Origin: a bacterium
Lineage (GTDB): Bacteria; SAR324; NAC60-12
DNA: 64,000 nt
NCBI GenBank assembly: GCA_965233585.1
Contig: CBDDTI010000295.1
Span: forward strand, 64,001 to 128,000
Reading direction: 5' to 3'
Shown here: positions 18,791 through 30,449 of the stretch, piece after piece
How positions within the stretch are numbered: the first letter of the stretch is position 1
Layout of the letters: each line of letters opens with the position of its first letter
Translations under genes and position numbers: made by a program
Notes under the pieces: model-generated
What the model was told of the DNA's origin: nothing
Database searches by the model: none
The model's input: only the letters and a program-made list of their open reading frames with translations

Positions 18791-21700
18791 ATGAGCGTGA
18801 GCTTTAAGAATAGACATCGTTTCCGCAATTCATTTGGAAATATCTCTACTTCTCTGGAGATGCCCCATTTGCTGAATCTTCAAACTGAATCGTATCAACA
18901 ATTTTTACAACCTGACGTTCCCCCCACAGAAAGGAAAAGACAAGGTCTTGAGCAGGTCTTTCAAAGCATTTTTCCAATCAAAGACGTCAGTGAGACATGT
19001 ATCTTGGATTATCGTCACTACACCTTGGGTAAGCCTAAATACCATGCCAAGCAGTCTCGCACCAGAAGCGTCAGCTATTCTGCTCCTTTACGTGTGACTT
19101 TAAGACTTATCACGATGGACAAGAACAATGCAGGAGTGATTCAAGACATCAAAGAACAAGAGCTTTATTTTGGAGACATTCCCTTGATGACAGACACAGG
19201 GTCGTTCATTATCAATGGAACAGAACGTGTGATTGTAAGCCAAATGCACAAGAGTCCAGGAATCTTCTTTGCCCAAGAAAAATTACAGGCAGGTTCTACA
19301 AAACTTGCTTACACTGCAAGGATTATCCCCCAAAGAGGTTCTTGGATTGACTTCCAATACGATTCTAAGGAAATTTTTGCACGCATTGACCGACGACGTA
19401 AATTTCCTGCCACTGTTCTTCTACGTGCTATGGGGTATGAAGAACCAGAATTGTTAAGGAGATTTTATGAGATAGATGAGATTTTTTTGCAAGACGCTCA
19501 TGGTCTCCCTAAAGAAGAGCAAAAATTTTTTAAAAAATTAAACCCAAAAACCCTACTGGGTCAACGAGCCTCTGCAGACATTACGTCACCAGATGGTTCA
19601 ACTGTCTATGTCCGAGAAGGTCGCAAGATTACAAATAAGGCATTGTCTCAAATGCAAAGTAATCAACTTGAAAGGGTGCCAGCGCAGTATAATGACATCA
19701 TCAACCTCTATACGCTCAGAGACATTTTTGACACGGAAGGCAAAGTGATTGTCAAAGGAAATACGCAAATTGGTGAAGAAGGACTTGAGAATCTGCTTGA
19801 GGCAGAAGTCAAAACAATAGAGGTGCTGTACATCAACCCCAAAATAGGTCCTGCCATGAGGGACACTCTTGCCTCTGATAAAATTGGCAGTATTGATATT
19901 GCTTTGCTGGATTTATACAAGAAGCTCAAACCCGGAGACCTTCCCACCATTGAAGCCTCTAAAAAACATTTAGAGACCCTGTTCTTTGACGACAGTCGCT
20001 ACAATCTTTCACGCGTCGGTCGTATGAAACTGAATGACAAACTTGGTCTTAAGTACGATTTAAGTGACACTGTTTTGCACCATGATGATATTTTTGCAAC
20101 ACTTCATTATCTGATGTCTCTGAATGATTCAGGCATCATTGATGACATTGACCATTTAGGCAATAGGCGTGTGAGAAGTGTGGGGGAATTGCTGGAAAAT
20201 CAATGCCGTATCGGACTGGCTCAAATGCAACGCACTGTCAAAGAAAGAATGAGTTTGCAAGAAAATGAAATCATGCTTTCAAACCTCATCAATGGCAAGC
20301 CACTGTCTGCAGCGTTACACGACTTTTTTAGTGGAAGTCAACTTTCTCAATTCATGGACCAAACCAACCCTCTTTCTGAAATCACTCACAAAAGACGATT
20401 GAGTGCTTTGGGTCCGGGTGGTTTAACACGGGAGAGAGCAGGTTTTGATGTGCGAGATGTGCATGCTTCACACTATGGTCGGATTTGCCCCATTGAAACC
20501 CCAGAAGGACCAAACATTGGATTGATTGCATCACTTGCCACTTACGCACGAGTCAATCCATTAGGATTTATTGAGACTCCATATCGCAAAGTGATAGAAG
20601 GCACAATTTCTGATGAAAGTCCAGAATATTTGACTGCCACACAAGAAGACCAACACTTTACTGCACAAGCCAACGCCCCGATTGACGAAGAAAGAAATCT
20701 GGTCAATCAGATGGTTTCTTCCAGAAAAGCAGGGAGCTATTCCATGATTCCCAAAAATCAAGTTGAATACATTGACACCGTTCCTTGTCAATTAGTTTCT
20801 GTGGCAGCATCATTGATTCCTTTTTTAGAACATGATGATGCTAACCGTGCTTTGATGGGGTCAAACATGCAGAGACAAGGTGTTCCGTTAGTCAGGACAG
20901 AAGCTCCTCTTGTTGGAACAGGAATTGAGTATAAAGTTGCAACAGACTCAGGCTCTTGTGTTGTTGCCAAACGTGCAGGTGTTGTGGAAAGTGTGGATTC
21001 TTCCCGTGTTGTTGTTCGTGTGGATTTTGACAAAAAAAGTAGAGATGAAAGTTACGAATTTTCAGACCTTGTTGACATTTATTATCTCACCAAGTTTGCA
21101 CGTTCTAACCAAAACACATGTATCAATCAACGTCCCATTATCAAACAAGGTGATTATGTCAAAGTAGGTGATGTCATTGCTGATGGACAGAGTTCAGAAC
21201 AAGGCGAGCTAGCATTGGGGCAAAATGTCTTGATTGCCTTTATGCCGTGGAATGGATTCAATTTTGAAGACTCCATCATGGTCTCCGAACGCCTGGTGCA
21301 TGAAGACTACTACACTTCTGTTCATATTGAAGTCCACGATGCCGATGCAAGGGATACCAAACTTGGCAGAGAAGAGATCACTTGCGATATTCCAAATGTT
21401 TCTGAAGAAGCAACAAAAAACCTTGATGAAAGTGGAATCGTCAGGATTGGTAGCTACGTCAAAGGGGGGGACATTCTTGTTGGTAAGGTTACCCCTAAGG
21501 GTGAGGCACAACCAACACCTGAAGAAAAATTACTTCGTGCTATTTTTGGCGATAAAGCAGGAGACGTTAGAGATACTTCTGTCAGACTACCCAGAAGTGC
21601 AGAAGGGGTCGTTACCGACGTCGTTGTCTTTAACCGTGAAGGTGTGGAAAGAGACCAACGTTCTAAAGAAATTGAACAAGAACAGTTGCGTCAGTATAAG

Positions 21701-22960
21701 CAAGATTATCACGATGAGTTGAAAATCATTCACCGTAACTTGTTGGAAGTCACTAAGTTTTTAATCGGTTGCAAACTTCAACAGGACATAGTTTCAGAAT
21801 ATGAAGAAACTCTTGCATCACAAGGAGACAAAATCACCCAAGAGCTTTTAGAAAGCATTGTCTTTGCTAAAGAGAATCAAGACAATTCATCAATGACAGC
21901 ATGGGAGTCTGTTCAAATTAAAAATGAGGAGTCAAACGAAAAACTTCAGGTCATTTTGGAAAGTCTCACGTCACAACGAGCATTATTGAAAAATGTGTTT
22001 GAGGATAAGTGTGAAAAAGTGGCAAAAGGTGATGACTTAAAGCCCGGTGTCATTCGCACCATCAAGGTTTATGTGGCAACAAAACGCAAACTATCGGTTG
22101 GCGATAAGATGGCAGGAAGGCATGGAAACAAAGGGGTTGTTTCAAAAATCCAACTACTTGCCAATATGCCTTATATGGAAGACGGAACTCCTATTGATAT
22201 TGTCTTAAATCCTTTGGGTGTGCCATCTCGTATGAATGTCGGGCAGGTGCTTGAAACTCATTTAGGCTGGGCTGCCAGAGAATTGGGACAGCAACTTCAA
22301 AAATTCGTTCAAGACAATCACCCCGTCAACCAAATCAAAAAGTTTATGAAAGATATTTATAGCTCCCCTCAAATGGACGACTATTTAAAACAGATGTCAG
22401 ACCAAGACTTTGTGGAGTTTGCCAAAAAATATTTCAAAGGTGTTCACATGGCAACTCCTGTTTTTGACGGAGCGCATGAAGAAGATATTCACAGGATGCT
22501 AGACCTTGCAGGTCTGCCCCGTTCAGGACAGACCAGACTTTATGATGGGCTGACAGGTGAACCTTTTGACCAGAAGGTTACGGTGGGCTGTGCCTACATT
22601 CTCAAACTCCATCATTTAGTTGATGAAAAAATTCATGCACGTTCTATCGGTCCCTATTCTCTTATCACCCAACAACCTCTTGGGGGTAAGGCTCAATTTG
22701 GGGGACAACGATTTGGTGAGATGGAGGTTTGGGCATTGGAAGCGTACGGTGCGGCTCACACACTCAAAGAGCTTTTGACAGTCAAATCTGATGATGTGCA
22801 AGGACGTAATAAAACCTATGAGGCGATTGTCAAAGGTCGGCATCACGTAGAGACAGGACTACCTGAAGCCTTTAAGGTTTTGAGCAGTGAGCTTAAAAGT
22901 TTAAGTCTCAATGTGGAATTGATAGATGAAGAAGAAATGGAACCCAGTCTTGAAGACTAA
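18791..22960 (+). CDS. rpoB: DNA-directed RNA polymerase subunit beta
   Basis: [61 protein letters not shown]. Confidence 0.99.
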   Translation: MSVSFKNRHRFRNSFGNISTSLEMPHLLNLQTESYQQFLQPDVPPTERKRQGLEQVFQSIFPIKDVSETCILDYRHYTLGKPKYHAKQSRTRSVSYSAPLRVTLRLITMDKNNAGVIQDIKEQELYFGDIPLMTDTGSFIINGTERVIVSQMHKSPGIFFAQEKLQAGSTKLAYTARIIPQRGSWIDFQYDSKEIFARIDRRRKFPATVLLRAMGYEEPELLRRFYEIDEIFLQDAHGLPKEEQKFFKKLNPKTLLGQRASADITSPDGSTVYVREGRKITNKALSQMQSNQLERVPAQYNDIINLYTLRDIFDTEGKVIVKGNTQIGEEGLENLLEAEVKTIEVLYINPKIGPAMRDTLASDKIGSIDIALLDLYKKLKPGDLPTIEASKKHLETLFFDDSRYNLSRVGRMKLNDKLGLKYDLSDTVLHHDDIFATLHYLMSLNDSGIIDDIDHLGNRRVRSVGELLENQCRIGLAQMQRTVKERMSLQENEIMLSNLINGKPLSAALHDFFSGSQLSQFMDQTNPLSEITHKRRLSALGPGGLTRERAGFDVRDVHASHYGRICPIETPEGPNIGLIASLATYARVNPLGFIETPYRKVIEGTISDESPEYLTATQEDQHFTAQANAPIDEERNLVNQMVSSRKAGSYSMIPKNQVEYIDTVPCQLVSVAASLIPFLEHDDANRALMGSNMQRQGVPLVRTEAPLVGTGIEYKVATDSGSCVVAKRAGVVESVDSSRVVVRVDFDKKSRDESYEFSDLVDIYYLTKFARSNQNTCINQRPIIKQGDYVKVGDVIADGQSSEQGELALGQNVLIAFMPWNGFNFEDSIMVSERLVHEDYYTSVHIEVHDADARDTKLGREEITCDIPNVSEEATKNLDESGIVRIGSYVKGGDILVGKVTPKGEAQPTPEEKLLRAIFGDKAGDVRDTSVRLPRSAEGVVTDVVVFNREGVERDQRSKEIEQEQLRQYKQDYHDELKIIHRNLLEVTKFLIGCKLQQDIVSEYEETLASQGDKITQELLESIVFAKENQDNSSMTAWESVQIKNEESNEKLQVILESLTSQRALLKNVFEDKCEKVAKGDDLKPGVIRTIKVYVATKRKLSVGDKMAGRHGNKGVVSKIQLLANMPYMEDGTPIDIVLNPLGVPSRMNVGQVLETHLGWAARELGQQLQKFVQDNHPVNQIKKFMKDIYSSPQMDDYLKQMSDQDFVEFAKKYFKGVHMATPVFDGAHEEDIHRMLDLAGLPRSGQTRLYDGLTGEPFDQKVTVGCAYILKLHHLVDEKIHARSIGPYSLITQQPLGGKAQFGGQRFGEMEVWALEAYGAAHTLKELLTVKSDDVQGRNKTYEAIVKGRHHVETGLPEAFKVLSSELKSLSLNVELIDEEEMEPSLED

Positions 22961-23003
22961 GGTTTTTCAAAAATAATAACACTCAAAAGCAAATAGGAAG
23001 CCT

Positions 23004-26000
23004 GTGGATACGAATCTTTTTGAACAAGAACATGCTACAAAAAGCAAGGCGTTACAGATCAAAGTTGCAACAACTGATGACGTCTTGTCTTGGTCTCATG
23101 GTGAAATCAAAACTTCTGAAACAATCAATTATCGTACATTAAAGCCTGAACGAGATGGGTTGTTTTGTGCAAAAATCTTTGGTCCTACACAAGACTATGA
23201 ATGTAATTGTGGCAAATACAAACGTATGAAACACAGAGGCATCACCTGTGAGAAGTGCGGAGTAGAAGTGATTTCATCAAAAGTCAGACGAGAACGTATG
23301 GGACACATCAAGTTGGCAAGCCCTGTGTCTCATATCTGGTTTTTAAAAGGAGTTCCAAGCCGTATTGGAACACTCTTGGATATGACTATGCGTGATTTAG
23401 AGGAGATTCTTTACTTCAAAGCCTACATTGTGGTCAACCCAGGAAGCTCTCCCTTCAAGGAACGAGAGATTGTTGATGAGTCAAAATACTATGAATTTTC
23501 AGAGCAATATCCTGATTTAGAATTGGGAATTGGTGCAGAGGCAATCCAAGTCTTACTGAAAAATTTAGACATTGATGAGTTACATGAATATCTCAGCATG
23601 GATTTGGCAGAAGCCTCATCAGAAGTTAGAAGAAAGCGAATTGTGAAACGTCTGAACATTGTCACTTATCTCAAAGAGTCCAATTCTGCCCCAGAGGCGA
23701 TGATTTTAGAAGTCTTGCCTGTCTTACCCCCAGAGTTAAGACCACTTGTTCCACTAGAAGGTGGACGCTTTGCCACCAGTGACTTGAACGATTTATACAG
23801 ACGGGTCATTCATCGCAACAATCGCCTCAAGAGGCTCAAAGACCTCCGCGCTCCCATCATCATTGTTAAAAATGAGCAACGTATGTTACAAGAAGCTGTT
23901 GATGCTCTTTTAGACAATGGAAGACGAGGCTACCCCATCTTAGGCTCAAACAAACGTCCCCTTAAATCGTTGAGCGATATGCTCAAGGGTAAGCAAGGAA
24001 GGTTCAGGCAGAATCTGCTTGGAAAACGTGTGGACTATTCAGGCAGGACTGTTATCGTTGTTGGTCCTGATATGAAGTTGCATCAATGCGGACTACCTAA
24101 AAAAATGGCTCTTGAACTCTTCAAACCATTCATCTATCACAGACTCATTGACAATGACAAAGTCACCAGCATCAAGCAAGCCAAACAACTTTTGGAAAAT
24201 AATGCCCCCGAAGTTTGGGATATTTTAGAAAAAGTCATCATTGACCACCCTATTTTGTTGAACCGCGCACCAACACTACATAGGCTGGGAATCCAAGCAT
24301 TTGAACCTGTTTTGATTGAAGGCAAGGCAATCCAACTGCATCCGCTAGTCTGCACTGCCTTTAATGCCGACTTTGACGGAGACCAAATGGCAGTGCATGT
24401 TCCACTTTCCATTGAAGCACAACTTGAGGCAAAAATCCTCATCATGTCCACAAACAACCTCTTGTCCCCTGCCAATGGCAAGCCGCTTATGTCTCCAAGT
24501 CAAGATATTGTTTTGGGAATGTACTGGATCACCACCGAGCAAGATGATTTAATCGGTCATGGAAAATGCTTTGCCAATTTTGACCAAGTGTCTGCTGCAT
24601 ACGATCATCAAAAAGTAGAGCTTCATACCAAAATCAAGGTGCGAATGGATGGTCAACTCACAGAAACCACTGTTGGTAGAATCTTACTTTTTCAAATCAT
24701 TCCACCAGAAATTCCTTTCAGCTTAGTCAATCGTCAGCTGAACAAAAAACGTCTGGGCAATTTGATTGATATGGTTTATCGGCAAGTGGGAAGTGTCCGA
24801 ACAGTCAAACTGCTTGACGACATTAAAGCTCTTGGATACCGCTATGCAACGACTGCTGGTTTTTCTATCAGTATGGCAGATATGGTCTCGCCTCCCACAA
24901 AAGCGGAGCTTCTCAAGGCGGCTCAAGAAGAAGTAAACAAGGTCAATATTGAGTATCACAACGGTATCATCACAGATGGGGAACGTTACAATCAGGTCAT
25001 TGACGTTTGGGCACGTGTTACAGATAAAGTGGCAGAGGAAATGACCAAAGCCATTCAAAAACCAACTATGGAAGATGGGAAGAGAGTGTTCAATTCTATC
25101 TACATGATGGCAGATTCTGGTGCAAGAGGAAGTCAGCAGCAAATGAAACAGCTTGCAGGAATGCGTGGATTGATGGCAAAGCCATCAGGAGAGATCATTG
25201 AAACCCCCATCACTGCAAACTTTCGTGAAGGGTTGAATGTCTTGCAATACTTCATCTCTACACATGGTGCAAGGAAGGGACTGGCTGACACAGCCCTCAA
25301 GACTGCAAATTCTGGTTACTTGACCAGAAGGCTGGTGGATATTGCCCAAGACTGTGTCATTCTTGAACATGATTGCGGCACACTTGATGGAATTGAAATG
25401 ACTGCCTTGATTGAAGCAGGAGAAATTGTAGAAACTCTGGGTGAACGCATTTTGGGCAGAATCTCACAAGAAGACATTCCAGACCCTGATAACTCTGGTA
25501 GTTATATCATTCGCACAAGCGAAGAGATTACAGAAACGGTTGTTGAACAAATTGAAAAAGCTGGGGTTGAGAGAATCAATATCCGTTCTGCCTTAACTTG
25601 TATCAACGATCATGGTATTTGTCAGCTCTGCTACGGTCGTGATTTGTCACATGGGAGGATTATTAACTTAGGTGAAGCCGTTGGTGTGATTGCCGCACAA
25701 AGTATTGGTGAACCTGGCACACAATTAACCATGAGAACCTTCCACATTGGAGGTGCTGCAAGTCGTCTGGCAGAGCAAAACACTTGGGAGCCACGATTTA
25801 GCGGAATCTTAAAATTTGAAAACCTTAAAGAAGTTCGTAACAAAGACAACCAATACGTCGTCTCTGGAAGAAGAGGCTCTGCTTTGATTGTTGATGAACA
25901 GGGAAGGGAGAAAGACCGTCATCCTCTACCCATTGGAGCTGTCTTGCTCAAAGAAGAAGGAGTTCATATTTCACAAGGTGAACGAGTGGCAGAGTGGGAC

Positions 26001-27095
26001 CCGTTCTCTATTCCAATCCTCACAGACATTTCAGGATTTGTGAAATTTAAAGACATTGATGAAAATGAGACAATCAAGGAACAAGTAGATGAAGCCACAG
26101 GTTTAGCAAGGCAAGTCATTCAAGAATCGGCTAACCCTGAAAAACGACCTCATATTCTGATTCGTGATGACTCCGGAAAAGTTTTAAAAAATCAAAATGA
26201 TGCACCTGCAAAGTTTTCTCTTCCAACTAAAGCAGAGTTAGTCGTTGTTGATGGTCAAGAAGTCCATGCAGGGTCTATTCTTGCAAAAATTCCACGAGAA
26301 CTTGCCAAAAACAAAGACATCACAGGGGGTCTCCCACGTGTTGCAGAATTGTTTGAGGCTCGTGTTCCCAAAGACCATGCCATTATCAGTGAAATTGACG
26401 GAGAGGTTGTTTTTGGGAAAGACATTAAGAAAAAACAACGCATTCTGATTAAGCCAGAAGATGAAAAGGGAGAATCCAAAGAATATCTCATCCCACTTGG
26501 AAGGCATATTACAGTGCAAGAAGGTGAATATGTTCGTGCTGGTGAGCCTTTGATTGATGGGTCTCCTAACCCCCATGACATTCTTGCCGTCAAAGGAGCG
26601 AAAGAATTGCAAAAATATCTTGTGGACGAGGTGCAAGAAGTCTATCGTCTGCAAGGAGTGGACATTAATGACAAACACATTGAAGTCATTGTGCGTCAAA
26701 TGTTAAAGCAGGTTTCTATTCAATCTCCGGGTGAGTCTCCTTTGTTGATTGGACAAGTGATTTCAAGAGTCCAATTTAATCAGATGAATCGTGAATTGAG
26801 AGAACAGGGTAAAGAACAAGCAGTGTCTAAACCGATTTTGTTAGGAATTACCAAAGCCTCGCTAAGCACTGATTCCTTCATTTCTGCCGCATCCTTTCAA
26901 GAGACAACCAAAATTTTGACCGATGCTGCGTTGGGGGGTAAATACGACACGTTTAGAGGACTCAAAGAAAATGTCATACTTGGTCGTCTGATTCCTGCAG
27001 GGACAGGATTCCAGCAATTCCAAGATGTGCAGTATCATTTGAAAGAAAAAAAGGACGCTGTTCCTCAGACACAACTTGAGAAGGCAGAAGTATGA
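23004..27095 (+). CDS. rpoC: DNA-directed RNA polymerase subunit beta'
   Basis: [12 protein letters not shown] catalytic motif; N-terminal zinc finger; GTG start. Confidence 0.99.
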   Translation: MDTNLFEQEHATKSKALQIKVATTDDVLSWSHGEIKTSETINYRTLKPERDGLFCAKIFGPTQDYECNCGKYKRMKHRGITCEKCGVEVISSKVRRERMGHIKLASPVSHIWFLKGVPSRIGTLLDMTMRDLEEILYFKAYIVVNPGSSPFKEREIVDESKYYEFSEQYPDLELGIGAEAIQVLLKNLDIDELHEYLSMDLAEASSEVRRKRIVKRLNIVTYLKESNSAPEAMILEVLPVLPPELRPLVPLEGGRFATSDLNDLYRRVIHRNNRLKRLKDLRAPIIIVKNEQRMLQEAVDALLDNGRRGYPILGSNKRPLKSLSDMLKGKQGRFRQNLLGKRVDYSGRTVIVVGPDMKLHQCGLPKKMALELFKPFIYHRLIDNDKVTSIKQAKQLLENNAPEVWDILEKVIIDHPILLNRAPTLHRLGIQAFEPVLIEGKAIQLHPLVCTAFNADFDGDQMAVHVPLSIEAQLEAKILIMSTNNLLSPANGKPLMSPSQDIVLGMYWITTEQDDLIGHGKCFANFDQVSAAYDHQKVELHTKIKVRMDGQLTETTVGRILLFQIIPPEIPFSLVNRQLNKKRLGNLIDMVYRQVGSVRTVKLLDDIKALGYRYATTAGFSISMADMVSPPTKAELLKAAQEEVNKVNIEYHNGIITDGERYNQVIDVWARVTDKVAEEMTKAIQKPTMEDGKRVFNSIYMMADSGARGSQQQMKQLAGMRGLMAKPSGEIIETPITANFREGLNVLQYFISTHGARKGLADTALKTANSGYLTRRLVDIAQDCVILEHDCGTLDGIEMTALIEAGEIVETLGERILGRISQEDIPDPDNSGSYIIRTSEEITETVVEQIEKAGVERINIRSALTCINDHGICQLCYGRDLSHGRIINLGEAVGVIAAQSIGEPGTQLTMRTFHIGGAASRLAEQNTWEPRFSGILKFENLKEVRNKDNQYVVSGRRGSALIVDEQGREKDRHPLPIGAVLLKEEGVHISQGERVAEWDPFSIPILTDISGFVKFKDIDENETIKEQVDEATGLARQVIQESANPEKRPHILIRDDSGKVLKNQNDAPAKFSLPTKAELVVVDGQEVHAGSILAKIPRELAKNKDITGGLPRVAELFEARVPKDHAIISEIDGEVVFGKDIKKKQRILIKPEDEKGESKEYLIPLGRHITVQEGEYVRAGEPLIDGSPNPHDILAVKGAKELQKYLVDEVQEVYRLQGVDINDKHIEVIVRQMLKQVSIQSPGESPLLIGQVISRVQFNQMNRELREQGKEQAVSKPILLGITKASLSTDSFISAASFQETTKILTDAALGGKYDTFRGLKENVILGRLIPAGTGFQQFQDVQYHLKEKKDAVPQTQLEKAEV

Positions 27096-27526
27096 CAAAT
27101 TTGGGTTCAGATGCGTTTTGCTTTGAACAAAAATTTGATGTCCGTGATAGTGAGATTGATATGTTTGGTGTGGTCAACAATAGTGTCTATCTCATCTATC
27201 TACAACATACGAGGCACAGCTTTTTCAAGAGTCTGGGAATTGATTTGTCAGAGTTGGGAAACAGATCTTGGAACCCTGTTGTCACGAGGATTGACGTCAG
27301 GTATAAGAAGCCACTAACAAGTGGAGATTCCTTTGTGGTCAAGTTGGCTGTTGTTCAAATCAAACGGGTCAGGTTTCAATTCTTGCAAAAAATTTTTCTG
27401 CAAAATGCCTCTTCATCAGCTGAAGTTTTAGAAGCATTTATTGAAGGCACTGTCATTTCTCCAGAAGGGAGACCTGCTTTGCCCGAAAAGTTTCAAAAGT
27501 TAAGAGATTACATGATTCAAAAATAG
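27092..27526 (+). CDS. Acyl-CoA thioesterase (4HBT/YbgC hotdog fold)
   Basis: VRDSEIDMFGVVNNSVYLIY motif; overlaps the rpoC stop (ATGA). Confidence 0.9.
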   Translation: MTNLGSDAFCFEQKFDVRDSEIDMFGVVNNSVYLIYLQHTRHSFFKSLGIDLSELGNRSWNPVVTRIDVRYKKPLTSGDSFVVKLAVVQIKRVRFQFLQKIFLQNASSSAEVLEAFIEGTVISPEGRPALPEKFQKLRDYMIQK

Positions 27527-27543
27527 TTTGAATTAAAAAAGCG

Positions 27544-29448
27544 ATGTCTCGTCAATTTTTTATTACAACTCCCATTTACTACGTCAACAGTTGCCCCCAT
27601 ATTGGGCATGCCTATACGACTGTGATTGCAGATATTTTTGCTCGCTACCACAAACTTTTTGGTCAAGACGTTTTTCTATTGACAGGCACAGATGAGCATG
27701 GGCAAAAAGTAGAAGAATCTGCAAAAAAAGCCAATACTTCTCCCCAAAAATTTGTTGATGCTGTTTCAAAAGAGTTTCAAGATTTATGGGGGTCTTTGGG
27801 GATTGAATATGATCAGTTTATCCGCACTACAGAAGACTTTCATAAAAAGAGAGTGCAAGACGTCCTAGCACAACTTTATGAAGCTGGAGAGATTTTTTTC
27901 AAAGAATATGAGGGGTTGTATTGTGTAGGGTGTGAACGTTTTTTAGATGCAGAAGAGTTGCAAGATGGGCTTTGTTCAGACCATCTTGTAGCACCTCAAG
28001 TGCATCGGGAAGAAAACTACTTTTTCCGTATGAGTGCCTATCAAGATTGGTTGATAGAAACTATTCAACACAACCCCCAATGGATTTACCCTGAACAATA
28101 CAAAAATGAAGTCTTAGGTTTTTTGAGAAGTCCATTGCAGGATTTATGTATCTCCAGACCAAAGTCCCGTGTTTCTTGGGGAATTGAGCTACCTTTTGAC
28201 TCTCAATTTGTGACTTATGTTTGGTTTGATGCTCTTCTCAACTATCCTAACGCCCTTGGAAGTCCTGATGATGAACGTTTCCAAAAATTTTGGAAGGAAG
28301 CACATCATATCATTGGCAAAGACATTCTGAAAACGCATGCGATTTATTGGCCTTGCATGCTCAAAGCATCAGGATTCCCTATTTTCAAAAAATTAGTGGT
28401 GCATGGGCATTGGAATTGTTCAGGTTTGAAAATGAGCAAATCTTTAGGCAATGTCATTGACCCTTTGCAAATGCAAGCTCTGGTTGGGAGAGATGGATTG
28501 CGATTTTTTCTTGCAAGGGACATGTCTTTCGGCAATGATGCTGTCTTCACTGAAGATTTATTGAGAAGCCGCTATAACGCAGACCTTGCAAATAATATTG
28601 GAAATTTAGTCAGCCGTGTTGTCAAACTTTCACAAAAATATTTTAAAAAATGCACTCCCATTCAGGGGGAAATTGGCACGTTAGAAAAACGTCTTGCTGA
28701 TGATTTAAAAAAACAAGTGGTTCTAGTTCAAAGGCAGATTGACGATTTCAAATTGCATCAAGCAATAGAATCTATCACCGAAATGGGTGTTGCTATCAAT
28801 AAATATTTAGATGAAACTAAGCCTTGGAAACTTGCTAAAACTCCTGAATGCCATGAACAACTTGGAACTGTACTTTATACAGCACTTGATGGCATTCGTC
28901 TTGTTGCCAATCTCCTTTCACCTGTGATGCCACAAAAAGCGGCTGATCTTTTGGACTTACTTGGTGTTCAAACGGCAAATCGAGAGCAACTGACTTTAGG
29001 ATTGTTGCAAGAAAACTTCACATTAAAAGAGATTCCAAATCTTTTTCCAAGACTACCAAATCAAGAAACGGCACAAGAACCACCTACTCAAGAAGATCTT
29101 CAAAAGACAGACAAAACAGACCCAGAAATTACAGTTGAAGATTTTGAACGTGTTGTGCTACAGGTAGGGCAGATTATTGACTGTCAAGTTGTGCCAAAAG
29201 CAAACCGTCTTTTACATTCCACAGTAGATTTAGGAGAGCCTCACACCCGTTCCATTGTTTCAGGCATTGCAGAATACTACAAACCTGAAGAACTCATTGG
29301 GAAGTTAGTCGTGGTTGTCAGTAATTTAAAATCTGTCAAACTACGTGGTGTTTTGTCTCAAGGTATGTTACTATGTGCCATCTCTGACCGTGGAACAATT
29401 TTAATAGAGCCTCCTCCTCATTCAGAAATAGGCTCAAAAATCCAGTAG
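27544..29448 (+). CDS. metG: Methionine--tRNA ligase with C-terminal tRNA-binding domain
   Basis: HIGH and KMSKS motifs, YVWFDAL; C-terminal OB (Trbp111-like) domain. Confidence 0.97.
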   Translation: MSRQFFITTPIYYVNSCPHIGHAYTTVIADIFARYHKLFGQDVFLLTGTDEHGQKVEESAKKANTSPQKFVDAVSKEFQDLWGSLGIEYDQFIRTTEDFHKKRVQDVLAQLYEAGEIFFKEYEGLYCVGCERFLDAEELQDGLCSDHLVAPQVHREENYFFRMSAYQDWLIETIQHNPQWIYPEQYKNEVLGFLRSPLQDLCISRPKSRVSWGIELPFDSQFVTYVWFDALLNYPNALGSPDDERFQKFWKEAHHIIGKDILKTHAIYWPCMLKASGFPIFKKLVVHGHWNCSGLKMSKSLGNVIDPLQMQALVGRDGLRFFLARDMSFGNDAVFTEDLLRSRYNADLANNIGNLVSRVVKLSQKYFKKCTPIQGEIGTLEKRLADDLKKQVVLVQRQIDDFKLHQAIESITEMGVAINKYLDETKPWKLAKTPECHEQLGTVLYTALDGIRLVANLLSPVMPQKAADLLDLLGVQTANREQLTLGLLQENFTLKEIPNLFPRLPNQETAQEPPTQEDLQKTDKTDPEITVEDFERVVLQVGQIIDCQVVPKANRLLHSTVDLGEPHTRSIVSGIAEYYKPEELIGKLVVVVSNLKSVKLRGVLSQGMLLCAISDRGTILIEPPPHSEIGSKIQ

Positions 29449-29454
29449 ATTGCC

Positions 29455-30414
29455 ATGATGACCAGTGTTGCTGTCTTTTCACCTTATCAAGATCTTTTTC
29501 AACAGATCAATCAAGGATTGCCTTATCTTGTAGAATCCATAGATTTTGAGAAAGATTCTTTTGAACAAATCCACTATGACTTAACCATATTGGACATAGA
29601 GTTGTTGGATCAAAAGCTTTACCCTAATTTTATGGAAAGATGGAGTCATCTTTTCAAAGAAAAACCCCTGCTTTTGGTGACCAGTGCTGTCCCTCAAGTA
29701 AAACACATAGAGATTGATAACGTTTATGATTTCTTGTTCAAGCCTTTTAGCGACATTGAGTTAAATTTGAGAGTCAAGAGGATTTTAAACCCTGAATCTT
29801 TTCAAAGGCTTTCGCAGGAATACACAAAATCCCGAGAACAAAATAAACAACTAGAGGAGACAAACATCTTCTTGAGACAATTAGTTGTCACTGATTCTTT
29901 GACGGGGGTTTCCAATCGACGTTATTTGCTGGAACGTCTGGAAGAAGAATTTTTAGAAGCCCAACGACGGAAGAGACATATTAGCATGCTGATGATTGAC
30001 ATTGACTTTTTTAAAGATGTCAACGACAAGTATGGTCATCAGTGCGGGGATTATGTGTTAGCGGAATTTGCTGGTATCTTAAGAAAGAACGTAAGACGAA
30101 GGGAAGTTGTAGCACGTTATGGAGGCGAGGAATTTGCGATCGCTTTGTTTGACACAGACCTTTCCTCTGCTATGTTGATTGCAGAACGTGTGCATCGGGA
30201 CGTACGTAGCAAATTATTTGACTATCAAGAAAGAACTTTACAAATCACTTGTAGTTTAGGGGTGTCGTCTTATCCCCAAATTTGTCCTGAACCTGATTGG
30301 AATCAACTTTTGCGTGCGGCTGATGCTGCACTTTATCGTGCAAAAAATACAGGTAGAGACAAAATTTGCTTGCCACCTGATTCTGCTCTCACCCCCACAG
30401 AATCAAAGGATTAA
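29455..30414 (+). CDS. Diguanylate cyclase (degenerate receiver domain plus GGDEF)
   Basis: TDSLTG, DIDFFKDVND, RYGGEEF, ADAALYRAK; REC-like DFLFKPF; I-site position reads RxxE rather than RxxD. Confidence 0.92.
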   Translation: MMTSVAVFSPYQDLFQQINQGLPYLVESIDFEKDSFEQIHYDLTILDIELLDQKLYPNFMERWSHLFKEKPLLLVTSAVPQVKHIEIDNVYDFLFKPFSDIELNLRVKRILNPESFQRLSQEYTKSREQNKQLEETNIFLRQLVVTDSLTGVSNRRYLLERLEEEFLEAQRRKRHISMLMIDIDFFKDVNDKYGHQCGDYVLAEFAGILRKNVRRREVVARYGGEEFAIALFDTDLSSAMLIAERVHRDVRSKLFDYQERTLQITCSLGVSSYPQICPEPDWNQLLRAADAALYRAKNTGRDKICLPPDSALTPTESKD

Positions 30415-30449
30415 CAACCATCCATCTTAACCAACACAAACTGATTGGA

